Below, piece after piece: positions 7,148-16,768 of a stretch of 25,694 nucleotides of DNA. The stretch is from a virus. Lineage: Duplodnaviria > Caudoviricetes. Both the position numbers and the translations under genes were made by a program. The notes beneath the pieces are model-generated. The model worked only from the letters and a program-made list of their open reading frames with translations, was not told where the DNA came from and ran no database searches. Position 1 is the stretch's first letter, and each line of letters opens with the position of its first letter. The stretch spans positions 1 through 25,694 of the IMG/VR virus record IMGVR_UViG_3300016652_000041; one strand, given 5' to 3'.

Positions 7148-7333
7148 ATGGATTTGTTCAAACCCCGTGGCGCAAGTCACATCCGTGGCCCCGTTGACAA
7201 CAAGAAAGAAAACGGGCAAATCAACAACCCACCTCGGTTTAGCGAAATCGGTGGTCTTAACAGTCCCAGTGATGCGACTGCTAAGAACAAGATGACGCTC
7301 TCTAAACCCGGTGATACCAAAAAAGTAATCTAA
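7148..7333 (+). CDS. Small hypothetical head-module protein
   Basis: Strong RBS AAAGGAG; tiles in operon. Confidence 0.75.
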   Translation: MDLFKPRGASHIRGPVDNKKENGQINNPPRFSEIGGLNSPSDATAKNKMTLSKPGDTKKVI

Positions 7334-7352
7334 CTCTAGGAAGGGGCTAACT

Positions 7353-7883
7353 ATGAGTCTGGAAAACTACACAGCAGAACAATTGGAAGAACTCGCTCTT
7401 CTGAGCAAAACCTTGGCTGAGAACAAAGAAACTCGTAAAGACTTTCTGCGTTTGACCAAAAGGGTTCGTCCTGACCTTCCCATTCCTGAACTTGAAGTCG
7501 AAGACACCGCTAATAAGTTAGCGAGTACTTACGAACAAAAGTTGCAGGCGATGGAAGCAAAACTGGCTGAGAAGGATGCCCGTGAAGAACTCTCCAAGCG
7601 CAGGGATGCCCTCAAAGCATCTGGCAAGGCTAGGAGTTCTGAGGACATTGAGGCCATTGAGAAGGTCATGCTGGAAAAGGGTATTACCAACCATGACGCT
7701 GCGGCAGATTATTGGAAGTGGATGCAGGAGACTGCTACTCCCACTCCCAGTGCTTTCCCGAAGCCAGTCATGCAACAGTTTGATGTCAACGGCTACATGA
7801 AGAATCCCGTAGTCGCTGCCAGAGAAGAAGCGATGAAAGCCTTTGAAGAATTGCGTAAGGCTCCTCGTCCAATCGGTTTGTAG
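7353..7883 (+). CDS. Putative scaffolding protein
   Basis: Highly charged coiled-coil protein immediately upstream of the major capsid gene. Confidence 0.6.
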   Translation: MSLENYTAEQLEELALLSKTLAENKETRKDFLRLTKRVRPDLPIPELEVEDTANKLASTYEQKLQAMEAKLAEKDAREELSKRRDALKASGKARSSEDIEAIEKVMLEKGITNHDAAADYWKWMQETATPTPSAFPKPVMQQFDVNGYMKNPVVAAREEAMKAFEELRKAPRPIGL

Positions 7884-7917
7884 AAGTAAATGGGGCTTAA
7901 ATTTTTAGGAGAATGAT

Positions 7918-8919
7918 ATGGCTATAGGCGGCGGCATCATTCCAGCTTCGGGAAGTAATCAGTTCAACGAGTTGACCTATGTCACCCGTAGAGCGTTCAT
8001 CCCCAAGATGGTGGTGCAAATCTACAACTCGACACCTTTAATGGCTGCTCTGCTAGCTAATAGCCAGCAAGCGTCAGGCGGTGTGTCTTCGGTGACTGTC
8101 CCTGTTCAGGGCGCTCAATTTGTCAATGCTCAGTGGTCTGACTACTCTGGCTCTTTCGCTCAACCGAGCGTTCAGCAGGGTGCTTATAACGCTGAGTTCA
8201 ACCTCAAACTGATGATCTGCCCCGTACCGTTCCTCGGTATGGAAGGTGCCGTTCAGCAGGATTACGCTATTGTCCCCCTGATCGAGGCTCGTATGAACGA
8301 TGCGACCAACGTCATGCTGGACTCAATGGCTTACTCCCTGTACAACAACACCAGCGATACTCAGCAATTTACCGGCCTGCCTGCTGCGGTTTCCGCTACC
8401 GGCACCTACGGTAACATTGACCGGTCTCAGTATTCTTGGTGGCAGTCTAAGGCTTATGCCGCAGGCTCCGTCAACCCCACTCGTCAGAACTTGCTCCAGT
8501 ACATTTCCGGTACGGTTAAGAACTGTGCAGAAGTTCCTTCGTTTGGCGTTTGCGGATTCGGTACTTGGACGCTGCTTGCTCAAGACTTCGTAGGTCAAGA
8601 GCAGTATGTGATTACTCCGGGTTCCGCATTTACTAGCGATCCTAATGGCGCACAGGCTGCTTTCCGTGCCCTGATGGTTGCTGGTGTTCCCATTTATCCT
8701 GACCCCTACTGCCCAGAGGGAACTCTGTACCTGTTGAACAACAACTACCTGTCGCTCTATATCCATGAGCAGGGTTCGTTTGCGTTCACCGGTTTTGAGT
8801 CAACCCTACCGAACTGGCAGATTGGATATGTTGGCGCTGTTCTGACCATTGCTGAACTGGTTAGCACCAAGCCCAAGTCCATGACTGCGGTCACGGGTTA
8901 CAACTATCTGTCACTATAA
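7918..8919 (+). CDS. Major capsid protein (HK97-fold)
   Basis: 333 aa; strong RBS AGGAGA; QFTGLPAAV, GTYGNIDRSQYSWWQ, GVPIYPDPYCPEGTLYLLNNNYL motifs typical of this capsid class; strongly biased codons. Confidence 0.88.
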   Translation: MAIGGGIIPASGSNQFNELTYVTRRAFIPKMVVQIYNSTPLMAALLANSQQASGGVSSVTVPVQGAQFVNAQWSDYSGSFAQPSVQQGAYNAEFNLKLMICPVPFLGMEGAVQQDYAIVPLIEARMNDATNVMLDSMAYSLYNNTSDTQQFTGLPAAVSATGTYGNIDRSQYSWWQSKAYAAGSVNPTRQNLLQYISGTVKNCAEVPSFGVCGFGTWTLLAQDFVGQEQYVITPGSAFTSDPNGAQAAFRALMVAGVPIYPDPYCPEGTLYLLNNNYLSLYIHEQGSFAFTGFESTLPNWQIGYVGAVLTIAELVSTKPKSMTAVTGYNYLSL

Positions 8920-8931
8920 GGGAGATAGAAA

Positions 8932-9267
8932 ATGGCTTTGGCTCTTAATAAAATCATCATTTCGGGCGCTAACGCTAACTCGACTGGTGCGTATTTCCTA
9001 ACCAAGACCTTCTCGGTTCCGAATACCACCTCTGTCGTGATTACTGCTGGCACCTATCTGCTTAGTGCAACCACTAACGTGAACGTGGAAATCCAGACTG
9101 CTTCTACCGGAAATACTTGGGCAACCATGTATGCCAACGGTACGGGCGGTATGGTGATCTCTGACGGTACCAACGTGCGTCTGACCGGAACTCAGGCTGG
9201 CGCAAAGACGGTTACTGCTCTGACGGTCAATCCCTCTACTAACGCTACTGGTCAGTTCAACACCTAA
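8932..9267 (+). CDS. Putative capsid decoration/cement protein
   Basis: Small T/A/G/N-rich beta protein directly after MCP; RBS AAGGGAG. Confidence 0.55.
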   Translation: MALALNKIIISGANANSTGAYFLTKTFSVPNTTSVVITAGTYLLSATTNVNVEIQTASTGNTWATMYANGTGGMVISDGTNVRLTGTQAGAKTVTALTVNPSTNATGQFNT

Positions 9268-9279
9268 AGGAGGTTCGAC

Positions 9280-9684
9280 ATGAACGCTAATCATGTAGCA
9301 TCGCTCTATCCCAACTCGTTTGGTAGTTTTCGTCTGGCTACAAAGCAAGCTGCAAATCTTGCCTCGACTGGCGACATCACCACTCTAGTTGCTCAAGAAG
9401 CGACTAAGTACATTGTGCGGCGCATCACACTGTCGAACTTCTCTGGTTCTGCAACAACGGTCAATGTTGGTGTCTTCACTGCTGCAAGCGGTGGAGGCAC
9501 TGCCATTGTCGCTGATGCTGCGTTGGGTGCTACGGCTATTGCTGGCGGGTTCAAAGACCTTACCCTAGCGACTGCTGCAAATGCCAACGTACAGACAAGT
9601 CAGGTGTTGTATGTAAACGTTTCAACGGGCAATACCGCAGTCACATGCGATATTAGTCTGTATGGTGACATCGTTTCTCTGTAA
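9280..9684 (+). CDS. Putative capsid decoration protein
   Basis: A/T-rich beta protein, very strong RBS AAGGAGGT, second gene after MCP. Confidence 0.55.
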   Translation: MNANHVASLYPNSFGSFRLATKQAANLASTGDITTLVAQEATKYIVRRITLSNFSGSATTVNVGVFTAASGGGTAIVADAALGATAIAGGFKDLTLATAANANVQTSQVLYVNVSTGNTAVTCDISLYGDIVSL

Positions 9685-9778
9685 GAACTTTGTTATCGGA
9701 AATAGCCACTTACCAGCCCCGGTGGGAATGGAAACCCTTGAAGGTGAGTGAATACTCACTTTCTTGGGTAGAAGTTCT
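9684..9778 (+). other. Multibranch RNA structure filling the head/tail intergenic gap
   Basis: Closing stem AGAACTTT/GAAGTTCT encloses three hairpins, the last carrying GTGAGT-GAAT-ACTCAC (9744-9759). Confidence 0.45.
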
Positions 9779-9797
9779 AAAATGATATGAGGAAGTT

Positions 9798-10679
9798 ATG
9801 GCAACTTTGTCTGGATACATTACAGAAGTACGCCGGTTACTTCACGATGCGGCTGGTAACTTCTGGTCTGATAGTGACCTTACGGCGTATATCAATGACG
9901 CTCGTGAACGGGTGGTCAGGGATACGGGTTGTCTACGATATATTCGTCAAGTCAACTTTCTTACAAATGTGGAGACTTTTACTCTCTCACAACTACCTAA
10001 TGGGTATTTGGATAGCGTTACTATTACTTCTGCTGGCTCTGGTTATGGTACGAGTCCTCCTACCGTAACTGTCTCACTGCCCAACTCTGCCCTTGGTGTT
10101 CCTGCCACGGCAGTTGCAGTCTTAGATGGCAATGGCTCTGTAGCCTCGATTGCCGTTACAAACCCCGGATCAGGTTACTCTGCTACCCCAACGATCACTT
10201 TGACTGGCAATGCCACTGCTACGGCTACGCTTGCTCAAACCCCGACTCGTAACCTTGATACCCTAAACGTCAACCTCTACTGGGGAAACAGTAGGGTTCC
10301 TTTGCTCTATCGCCCGTGGACTCAGTTCAATACCGAGTTGCGCTACTGGCAGAACTACATTGGCAGGCCGATTGCCTTCTCCCAGTATGGGCAGGGTCAA
10401 ATCTACATCCAGCCTGTTCCCGATCAAACTTATGTAGCTGAACTCGATACGGTGGTCTTGCCCGATCCTTTGGTGAACGATAACTCCATAGAAGTGATCC
10501 AAGACCCGTACACATCACCGATTAAGTACTACGCAGCGTATCAAGCCAAGTACCAAGAACAGTCTTACGGAGAGGCTGAAATCTTCCAAGCGCAGTACGC
10601 CAAGCAGGTTCAGGCGGTGCTGAACTCAACCTTTACCCGTAGGATGTACAACCCTTATACCTATACTATGGGTAGGTAA
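9798..10679 (+). CDS. Head-tail adaptor-like protein with inserted GSGY-repeat domain
   Basis: N-terminal EVRRLLHD..FWSDSDLTAYINDA, IYIQPVPDQTY and IKYYAAYQA motifs typical of podovirus adaptors; position after capsid module. Confidence 0.65.
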   Translation: MATLSGYITEVRRLLHDAAGNFWSDSDLTAYINDARERVVRDTGCLRYIRQVNFLTNVETFTLSQLPNGYLDSVTITSAGSGYGTSPPTVTVSLPNSALGVPATAVAVLDGNGSVASIAVTNPGSGYSATPTITLTGNATATATLAQTPTRNLDTLNVNLYWGNSRVPLLYRPWTQFNTELRYWQNYIGRPIAFSQYGQGQIYIQPVPDQTYVAELDTVVLPDPLVNDNSIEVIQDPYTSPIKYYAAYQAKYQEQSYGEAEIFQAQYAKQVQAVLNSTFTRRMYNPYTYTMGR

Positions 10680-10681
10680 GC

Positions 10682-12412
10682 ATGGCGCAATCCGCAGAAC
10701 AATCTAAGCGCTACCATGTAACCAAAGACTTTAAGGGCATGGACACCAAGGCCAACAGAACGGCTATTGGCGCTGACGAGTTCTCTTACATTGAAAATGC
10801 CATGCCAATTGGCTTTGGCAACATGCGGGTCATTGCCGCACCCGATACCGTGGCTAATGTCACCTTCAGTGGCAACGTGGTATCCATGTTCTCGGCTTCC
10901 ATCAATTTGGCTAATGTCAACTCAGACATCATTGTTGCCATGCTGGACAATGGCGCATCGCAATATGTCAACCTGACTGCTGGCAATACGCTAGGCAACA
11001 TTGCCAATGCGTCAACATTCTCCAACAGTGGGGTTCAGGTTACACAGTGGAAAAATGAGCGTGTTTTGTTCATCGACCCCATAAAAGGCTACAAAACATG
11101 GGATGGAACGAGCCTCAATAGCGTAGGCAGTGTACTGTCCGTAACCATAACCAGTGGCGGCAGTGGCTACACTTCTGCGCCTAATGTGACGATTTCTGCC
11201 CCTAATGAAGCGAATGGCGTACAGGCGACTGCGGTTGCTTCCCTCACAGGCAATACGGTAAGCAGCGTAACGATTACCGAGGCCGGATCGGGATACACCA
11301 ATTCTGCCAATCTGACGGTCAGTTTTAGCACCGGTAACGCCAATGCGACAGCTACTCTTTTCAGCCAAGTTGGAACCTCCATTGCTACGTTTTCAGGGCG
11401 TGTCTGGATTGCCGATGGACGCACCATCTATTACTCGGCTGCTGACTCCTACAACGACTTTGGCACCATATCAGCCGGTAACATCACACTAACCGACTCA
11501 ACGCTACACGGCAACATCATCCAGTTAGTGAGTGCTAACAACTTCTTGTATGTCTTTGGTAGCGATTCCATTAACGTCTTATCTGATGTGCGGGTGTCCT
11601 CTATCAATGGTGAGACGCTCTTTAGCAATACCAACATCTCGGCATCCATTGGCTCTGACCTGCCAGATGCCATCTTCCCTTACTTCCGGTCAATCCTGTT
11701 TATGAACCGCTATGGCATGTACGCTCTAGTGGGTTCTACGACTAGCAAGATCAGTGATGCCTTAGATGGTGTTTTCCCTTACATTGACTTTAACTATCCC
11801 ATCTCTGCCTGTCAGGTCTTGTTAAACAACATCCTGTGTGCTGCCTTTAACTTCCGCACCAACTACTACACAGGCTCTAGTCGCTTTGTGCAGGCGATAT
11901 TCTTTGACAAGAAGTGGTTTATCACCAATCAGTCTGACTCGCTCAAGTACATCGTGAGCAGCCCTGTGGGTGGCACAATTGAGTCTTATGGCACCCGTGG
12001 CGATGACTTTGTGAACCTGTATGCCAACACCAGTGCCTCGATAGCCAGCACGGTGCAGACGGCTTTGCTTCCGATGGGTGATCCAATCAGGGACAAGCAG
12101 GCGCTCAAGATTGGGGTGGAGTTGACCTCTACGGCTGGTGCGGTCTGTTATGCCACGGTAGACAATGAGAACAGGTCATCTAGTCAGATTACGCTGTCAT
12201 CTGGGGTGACATGGTACAACCTTAACAATGTCACGATACCGTGGGTGAACAACTCAAATGCAGAGATTGACTGGATCAACTCAGGGTATTTCCTTTATAA
12301 GTCAGATGCACAACAATATGGGAAATATCTTGGTATGACGCTGACTTCCAATAGTGCAGCTTTTATCTACAACGGAATGAACTTTGAATACGAATTGAGA
12401 GCGAGGTACTAA
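10682..12412 (+). CDS. Tail nozzle / packaged-DNA stabilisation protein-like (beta-propeller) with GSGY-repeat insertion
   Basis: DFKGMDT N-terminus, FSGRVWIADGRTIYYS, NFLYVFGSDSINV, SKISDAL; follows adaptor gene. Confidence 0.65.
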   Translation: MAQSAEQSKRYHVTKDFKGMDTKANRTAIGADEFSYIENAMPIGFGNMRVIAAPDTVANVTFSGNVVSMFSASINLANVNSDIIVAMLDNGASQYVNLTAGNTLGNIANASTFSNSGVQVTQWKNERVLFIDPIKGYKTWDGTSLNSVGSVLSVTITSGGSGYTSAPNVTISAPNEANGVQATAVASLTGNTVSSVTITEAGSGYTNSANLTVSFSTGNANATATLFSQVGTSIATFSGRVWIADGRTIYYSAADSYNDFGTISAGNITLTDSTLHGNIIQLVSANNFLYVFGSDSINVLSDVRVSSINGETLFSNTNISASIGSDLPDAIFPYFRSILFMNRYGMYALVGSTTSKISDALDGVFPYIDFNYPISACQVLLNNILCAAFNFRTNYYTGSSRFVQAIFFDKKWFITNQSDSLKYIVSSPVGGTIESYGTRGDDFVNLYANTSASIASTVQTALLPMGDPIRDKQALKIGVELTSTAGAVCYATVDNENRSSSQITLSSGVTWYNLNNVTIPWVNNSNAEIDWINSGYFLYKSDAQQYGKYLGMTLTSNSAAFIYNGMNFEYELRARY

Positions 12413-12415
12413 ACC

Positions 12416-13354
12416 ATGACCGCTAAAGTCACCATACCCAATACGTTTGCCACGGCAACTACTGCCATACCGTTATCTCAGTTAGATAACAACTTCTCTA
12501 ATGTAAGTGCCGCTATCAATAATGCGCTTACCTATTCTAACTACGCAGTCGATACTGGTCTAGCGGATAACTATGCCATTACGATCAGTGGTCAGGTGAC
12601 AACGTATGCGGCTGGTTTGTCGTTCCAGTTTAAGGCTGCTAACACCAATACGGGTGCTTCTACCCTTAATGTGAACGCTCAGGGTACGCAATCCATTGTC
12701 AGGACGGATGGTTCGGCCTTGGCTGCTGGTGACATCCTTGCCAATGCAATCGTAGCGGTCATGTATGACGGTACTAACTTCCAGTTGATGAATGATGCTG
12801 GTGGTAAGGCTGAAACCTTTAGCAATGTCACGGTTACAGGCACAGCCACCATCAATGTGGCAAATGTGACCACATTTAGCCCCGCTATCACCAATGCCCA
12901 ATTAGCCAACTCTAATGTCACCATTGGCAATACGGCAGTCAGCCTCGGTGGAACGATCACTACCATTAACAACGCTACGTTAGTGAACGCTAACGTGGCA
13001 TCAGGCAATGTGACGGTGACTACGGTATCTGACCAATATGGCAATGTGAGGGCGATTGCTGATGTTGGTAGCAAGACAAGTGCTTACACGCTTACAAAGG
13101 CAGATGTAGGGCGTTATGTAACGATTGGTTCTGGTGGATCAATCAACATTACAGACAACGTATTTCTGTCTGGTGATGTGGTGTCTATCTTTAATAACAC
13201 CAATGCCAATGCCAACATCGTATGTACGATTACTACGGCATATATTGCCGGTACGGATTCAGATAAGGCAAGTGTAAACGTGGCAACCCGTGGCGTGGCT
13301 ACGGTATTGTTTATTTCCAATACGGCTTGTGTGATTGCAGGGAACGTATCCTAA
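12416..13354 (+). CDS. Tail fibre/spike-associated structural protein
   Basis: LSQLDNNF attachment motif, YAAGLSFQFKAANTNTGASTLNVN, MYDGTNFQL, C-terminal RGVATVLF..VIAGNVS. Confidence 0.7.
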   Translation: MTAKVTIPNTFATATTAIPLSQLDNNFSNVSAAINNALTYSNYAVDTGLADNYAITISGQVTTYAAGLSFQFKAANTNTGASTLNVNAQGTQSIVRTDGSALAAGDILANAIVAVMYDGTNFQLMNDAGGKAETFSNVTVTGTATINVANVTTFSPAITNAQLANSNVTIGNTAVSLGGTITTINNATLVNANVASGNVTVTTVSDQYGNVRAIADVGSKTSAYTLTKADVGRYVTIGSGGSINITDNVFLSGDVVSIFNNTNANANIVCTITTAYIAGTDSDKASVNVATRGVATVLFISNTACVIAGNVS

Positions 13355-15729
13355 TGACTGCTTCTCAACAATTATTGCTTGGTGAAGGGCCGGTAGCTGC
13401 TGCCGGTGCTTACCAAATCCAGCGCAGCCTGAGGTTTAACTCTGCTGACTCTGCGTATTTGAATAGGACTCCTGCGTCTGCTGGTAACCAAACAACTTGG
13501 ACATGGAGTGGTTGGGTAAAGCGAGCAGCTATTGGAAGTGGTAGCACTCAAAACCTGATGCATGCAGAAACGGCAACAACCACTTATACGGTTATGCAAT
13601 TTTCAGGCGATAACCTGATTTTTGATGTTCGTAATGGCGGTGCTGTGGTTGGTAATAAATACACTACTGCGGTATATCGTGATGTTTCGTCTTGGTATCA
13701 CATTGTATTTGTTTGGGACACCACCAACGCAACCGCAGCAGACCGAATTAGAGTATATGTAAACGGCGTTCGTGTCACGGCCTTTTCAACATCCAATGAC
13801 CCAGCATCTAGCGCAACATCTCACGGTATTAACGGAACCGTGCAACATAGGCTTGGTGCTGGTGTTTCTTTTGCAAACTACCTTAATGCCTACCTCACCG
13901 AAGTCAACTTCATTGACGGGCAAGCACTAACCCCATCATCCTTTGGCGAGACTGACCCTGTGACTGGCGTATGGAAGCCTAAAAAATACACAGGCACATA
14001 CGGCACGAATGGCTTTTACCTAAACTTCTCTGATAACAGTGGCACTACCAGCACAACGCTTGGTAAAGACTACTCAGGCAACGGCAACAACTGGACACCT
14101 AATAACTTCAGCGTGACTGCTGGTGCTGGTAATGACTCCGTGGTAGATACGCCTACTCAGTATGGTACTGATACTGGTGCTGGCGGCGAGGTGCGTGGGA
14201 ATTACTGTACGTTGAATCCGCTGGATAAGGGTAACGGCGTAACTCTTGCCAACGGCAACCTTGATTATTCAGTATCAAATGGTGCGGTCGATTCAGTAAG
14301 AGCCACCATCGGAATTTCGTCTGGCAAGTGGTACTGGGAAGGCCAAAAAACTAGCACTGACCAAGAGATATTTGGAATTGCAAATGCTTCTGCAAGCACT
14401 GGAACATACCTTGGTGGAGACGCCAATGGATGGGGGTTTGGAACTTCCGGCAACAAATACAATAACAACACCGCAACATCGTACGGTTCTTCTTGTTCAA
14501 CCACTGACATTGTCGGCGTGGCCTTTGATGCGGACAACGGAACTCTGACGTTTTACAAGAATGGTGTGAGCCTTGGAACTGCGTTTAGCGGACTTACTAC
14601 TGGGGTCATTTACTTCCCCGCTGCTGGGTCTAACAATTCGGCTGGCATTGTAAATTTTGGTCAACGTCCCTTTGCCTACACTGCGCCCTCTGGTTTTTCG
14701 GCCCTATGTACGCAGAACTTGCCTGATCCAACGATTGCAGATGGTGGTGATTACTTTAATACTCTGCTTTATAACGGAAACGGTAACACAGGACAAACAG
14801 TAACGGGCGTTGGTTTTCAACCTGACTTCGTATGGTTAAAAAATAGAAATCAAGCCGGTGGTTATTACCACTGTTTGTTTGATGCAGTTCGTGGCGCTGG
14901 ATATAGATTAAAGTCAAACTCAACCGATGCAGAAGCAAATGCAACGGCTATCTTTTCGGCATTTACATCAGACGGGTTTACTTTTCCGGCTGGTCAGGGA
15001 AACACAATTGAAAACGATTCCGCCGGAACCTATGTCGCATGGAACTGGAAAGCAAACGGCGCAGGTGTAACCAACACTGCTGGCACTATCACCTCGACAG
15101 TATCTGCTAACACCACGGCTGGGTTCTCCATTGTGACGTGGACTAATGCCGGTAATGGTGACGCTACAGTTGGTCATGGGTTGGGGGTTGCTCCTAAGTT
15201 CATAATTACCAAGAAAAGAAGCACCACTAATGATTGGTATACATACACAACAATTATTGATGGGTCTTATGATTATTTAAGCCTTAACACAACAAACTCT
15301 AAGGCAGATAGCGTCAAAGCCGCACCAACATCAACGGTGTTTACAACCGACATGGGAGATACGTCCACGGCAGTAGCCTACTGCTTCGCCCCTGTTGCGG
15401 GCTACTCAGCCTTCGGAAGTTACACCGGCAATGGTAGTGCTGATGGGCCGTTTGTTTACACTGGGTTTAGGCCGAGGTTTTTGCTTGTGAAGTCTGCTAC
15501 AACGGCACAGCATTGGATTATTGACGATACAACGAGAAATCCATACAACATTACTAATCTTGAATTGTATCCAAGTTTAAGTAATGCAGAAAGTTCTGAT
15601 CCATCTTACGATTTGTTAAGCAATGGATTCAAACTCAGGATTACAAGTGCAAACAAAAATGCTTCTGGTGTTACATACATCTACGCAGCATTTGCAGAAA
15701 ACGCTTTTAAAGTGTCGCTCGGGAGATAG
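13354..15729 (+). CDS. Large receptor-binding/fibre protein with LamG (ConA-like) and SPRY-like domains
   Basis: SLRFNSADSAYLNRTP, TWTWSGWVKR, WYHIVFVWDT (LamG); SSGKWYWE, VGVAFDADNGTLTFYKNG (SPRY); GVGFQPDFVWLK, GFRPRFLLVK repeats. Start set at ATG 13354 (TAATG coupling). Confidence 0.8.
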   Translation: MTASQQLLLGEGPVAAAGAYQIQRSLRFNSADSAYLNRTPASAGNQTTWTWSGWVKRAAIGSGSTQNLMHAETATTTYTVMQFSGDNLIFDVRNGGAVVGNKYTTAVYRDVSSWYHIVFVWDTTNATAADRIRVYVNGVRVTAFSTSNDPASSATSHGINGTVQHRLGAGVSFANYLNAYLTEVNFIDGQALTPSSFGETDPVTGVWKPKKYTGTYGTNGFYLNFSDNSGTTSTTLGKDYSGNGNNWTPNNFSVTAGAGNDSVVDTPTQYGTDTGAGGEVRGNYCTLNPLDKGNGVTLANGNLDYSVSNGAVDSVRATIGISSGKWYWEGQKTSTDQEIFGIANASASTGTYLGGDANGWGFGTSGNKYNNNTATSYGSSCSTTDIVGVAFDADNGTLTFYKNGVSLGTAFSGLTTGVIYFPAAGSNNSAGIVNFGQRPFAYTAPSGFSALCTQNLPDPTIADGGDYFNTLLYNGNGNTGQTVTGVGFQPDFVWLKNRNQAGGYYHCLFDAVRGAGYRLKSNSTDAEANATAIFSAFTSDGFTFPAGQGNTIENDSAGTYVAWNWKANGAGVTNTAGTITSTVSANTTAGFSIVTWTNAGNGDATVGHGLGVAPKFIITKKRSTTNDWYTYTTIIDGSYDYLSLNTTNSKADSVKAAPTSTVFTTDMGDTSTAVAYCFAPVAGYSAFGSYTGNGSADGPFVYTGFRPRFLLVKSATTAQHWIIDDTTRNPYNITNLELYPSLSNAESSDPSYDLLSNGFKLRITSANKNASGVTYIYAAFAENAFKVSLGR

Positions 15730-15731
15730 GT

Positions 15732-16256
15732 GTGCCACAAGGTAGATTCCACAAAAATCAAAGCGGGCAAAAAATTGGGATGCTTACGCTTTTGAAGTTG
15801 ACCGATCAAAAAACTGCCAATGGTGGCTATAAATATCTGGTCAAGTGTGACTGCGGAACGGAAAAGATTATTGGGTATAGTTACATGACCCAAAACAAAA
15901 CGCAGTCATGTGGATGTTTACAAAGGCGCAAAGGAGTAAACAGTCCAAACTTTAAACATGGCCTATCTCAGAATAGAGATTCGGTAGAGTACAAACGCTA
16001 TCAGCGTGAGTGTTTTGATAAGCACAAATACAATCTTGAGCCAGAGCAAAAAACTGCATTGATTGAAAGTCAAAACAATTCTTGCGCTATCTGCTCCTAT
16101 GAGTTTGGGCAAAAAGTTGGAGATATGAAAGTTGACCATGACCATGCAACAGGTAAGGTTCGTGGCTTATTGTGTGACTTATGCAACCGTGGTCTTGGGA
16201 TGTTCAAAGATAGCCAAGACAATCTGAATAAAGCAATCTCTTATCTAGCGAGGTAA
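15732..16256 (+). mobile_element. Free-standing homing endonuclease, endonuclease VII (His-Me finger) domain
   Basis: N-terminal KCDCG..SCGC module; C-terminal QNNSCAIC..VDHDHATGKVRGLLCDLCNRGLGMFKD; more A-rich than flanks; interrupts fibre module. Confidence 0.82.
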
Positions 16257-16258
16257 TC

Positions 16259-16768
16259 ATGGCATTTCAATTGAACGGTAAACCAATCAACATCAAAAAA
16301 GAGTACATCCGTGAAGACGGTGTGCGCTATGAAAACCTGCTAGACGCTGCGGTACGGGCAAAGTTAGGCGTGGTTGAAAACAATGATCCAGACCCGTTTG
16401 AGCCTAATGAACCTTGGTATGACCAGCGTTTTTATTGGGGTGTAAATAATCCCAAGCAGCTAGAAGACATCACGGTTACGCCTGAAGAAGAAAACAGGGA
16501 GCCATATACCCAAAAAGGTATGAAGTCCCAATGGATTGCTCAGATCAAAGATACGGCTGGCAAGATGCTTGCACAGACCGATTGGATGGTGATTCGTAAG
16601 GCAGAAAGAGGCGTGGATATTCCTGTTGCTACTCAAACGTATCGTGCTGCTGTGATTGCCGAGGCTAACAGACTTGAGACTGCGATTGCTGCCTGCGCTG
16701 ATGTGCCTGCGCTGATTGCTGTTGTTGAATCACAAGATTGGCCTAAGGGAGAAGACAATGGGAATTAA
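16259..16768 (+). CDS. Tail fibre assembly chaperone-like protein
   Basis: LAQTDWMVIRKAE...YRAAV...WP motif; follows fibre gene. Confidence 0.65.
   Translation: MAFQLNGKPINIKKEYIREDGVRYENLLDAAVRAKLGVVENNDPDPFEPNEPWYDQRFYWGVNNPKQLEDITVTPEEENREPYTQKGMKSQWIAQIKDTAGKMLAQTDWMVIRKAERGVDIPVATQTYRAAVIAEANRLETAIAACADVPALIAVVESQDWPKGEDNGN

Noticed and set aside
8900-8935. Programmed frameshift or readthrough extending the major capsid protein
   Set aside because: No slippery heptamer; TAA is followed by an in-frame TAG and the next gene has its own RBS.
9684-9778. tRNA or hammerhead ribozyme
   Set aside because: No TTCGA T-loop or CCA end; no CTGATGA core despite a GAAAC.
13354-15729. Diversity-generating retroelement target in the fibre gene
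   Set aside because: No template/variable repeat pair and no reverse transcriptase in the window.
15732-16256. Group I intron around the endonuclease
   Set aside because: Only 2 nt flank the ORF on each side and both neighbours look complete; no room for intron core structure.
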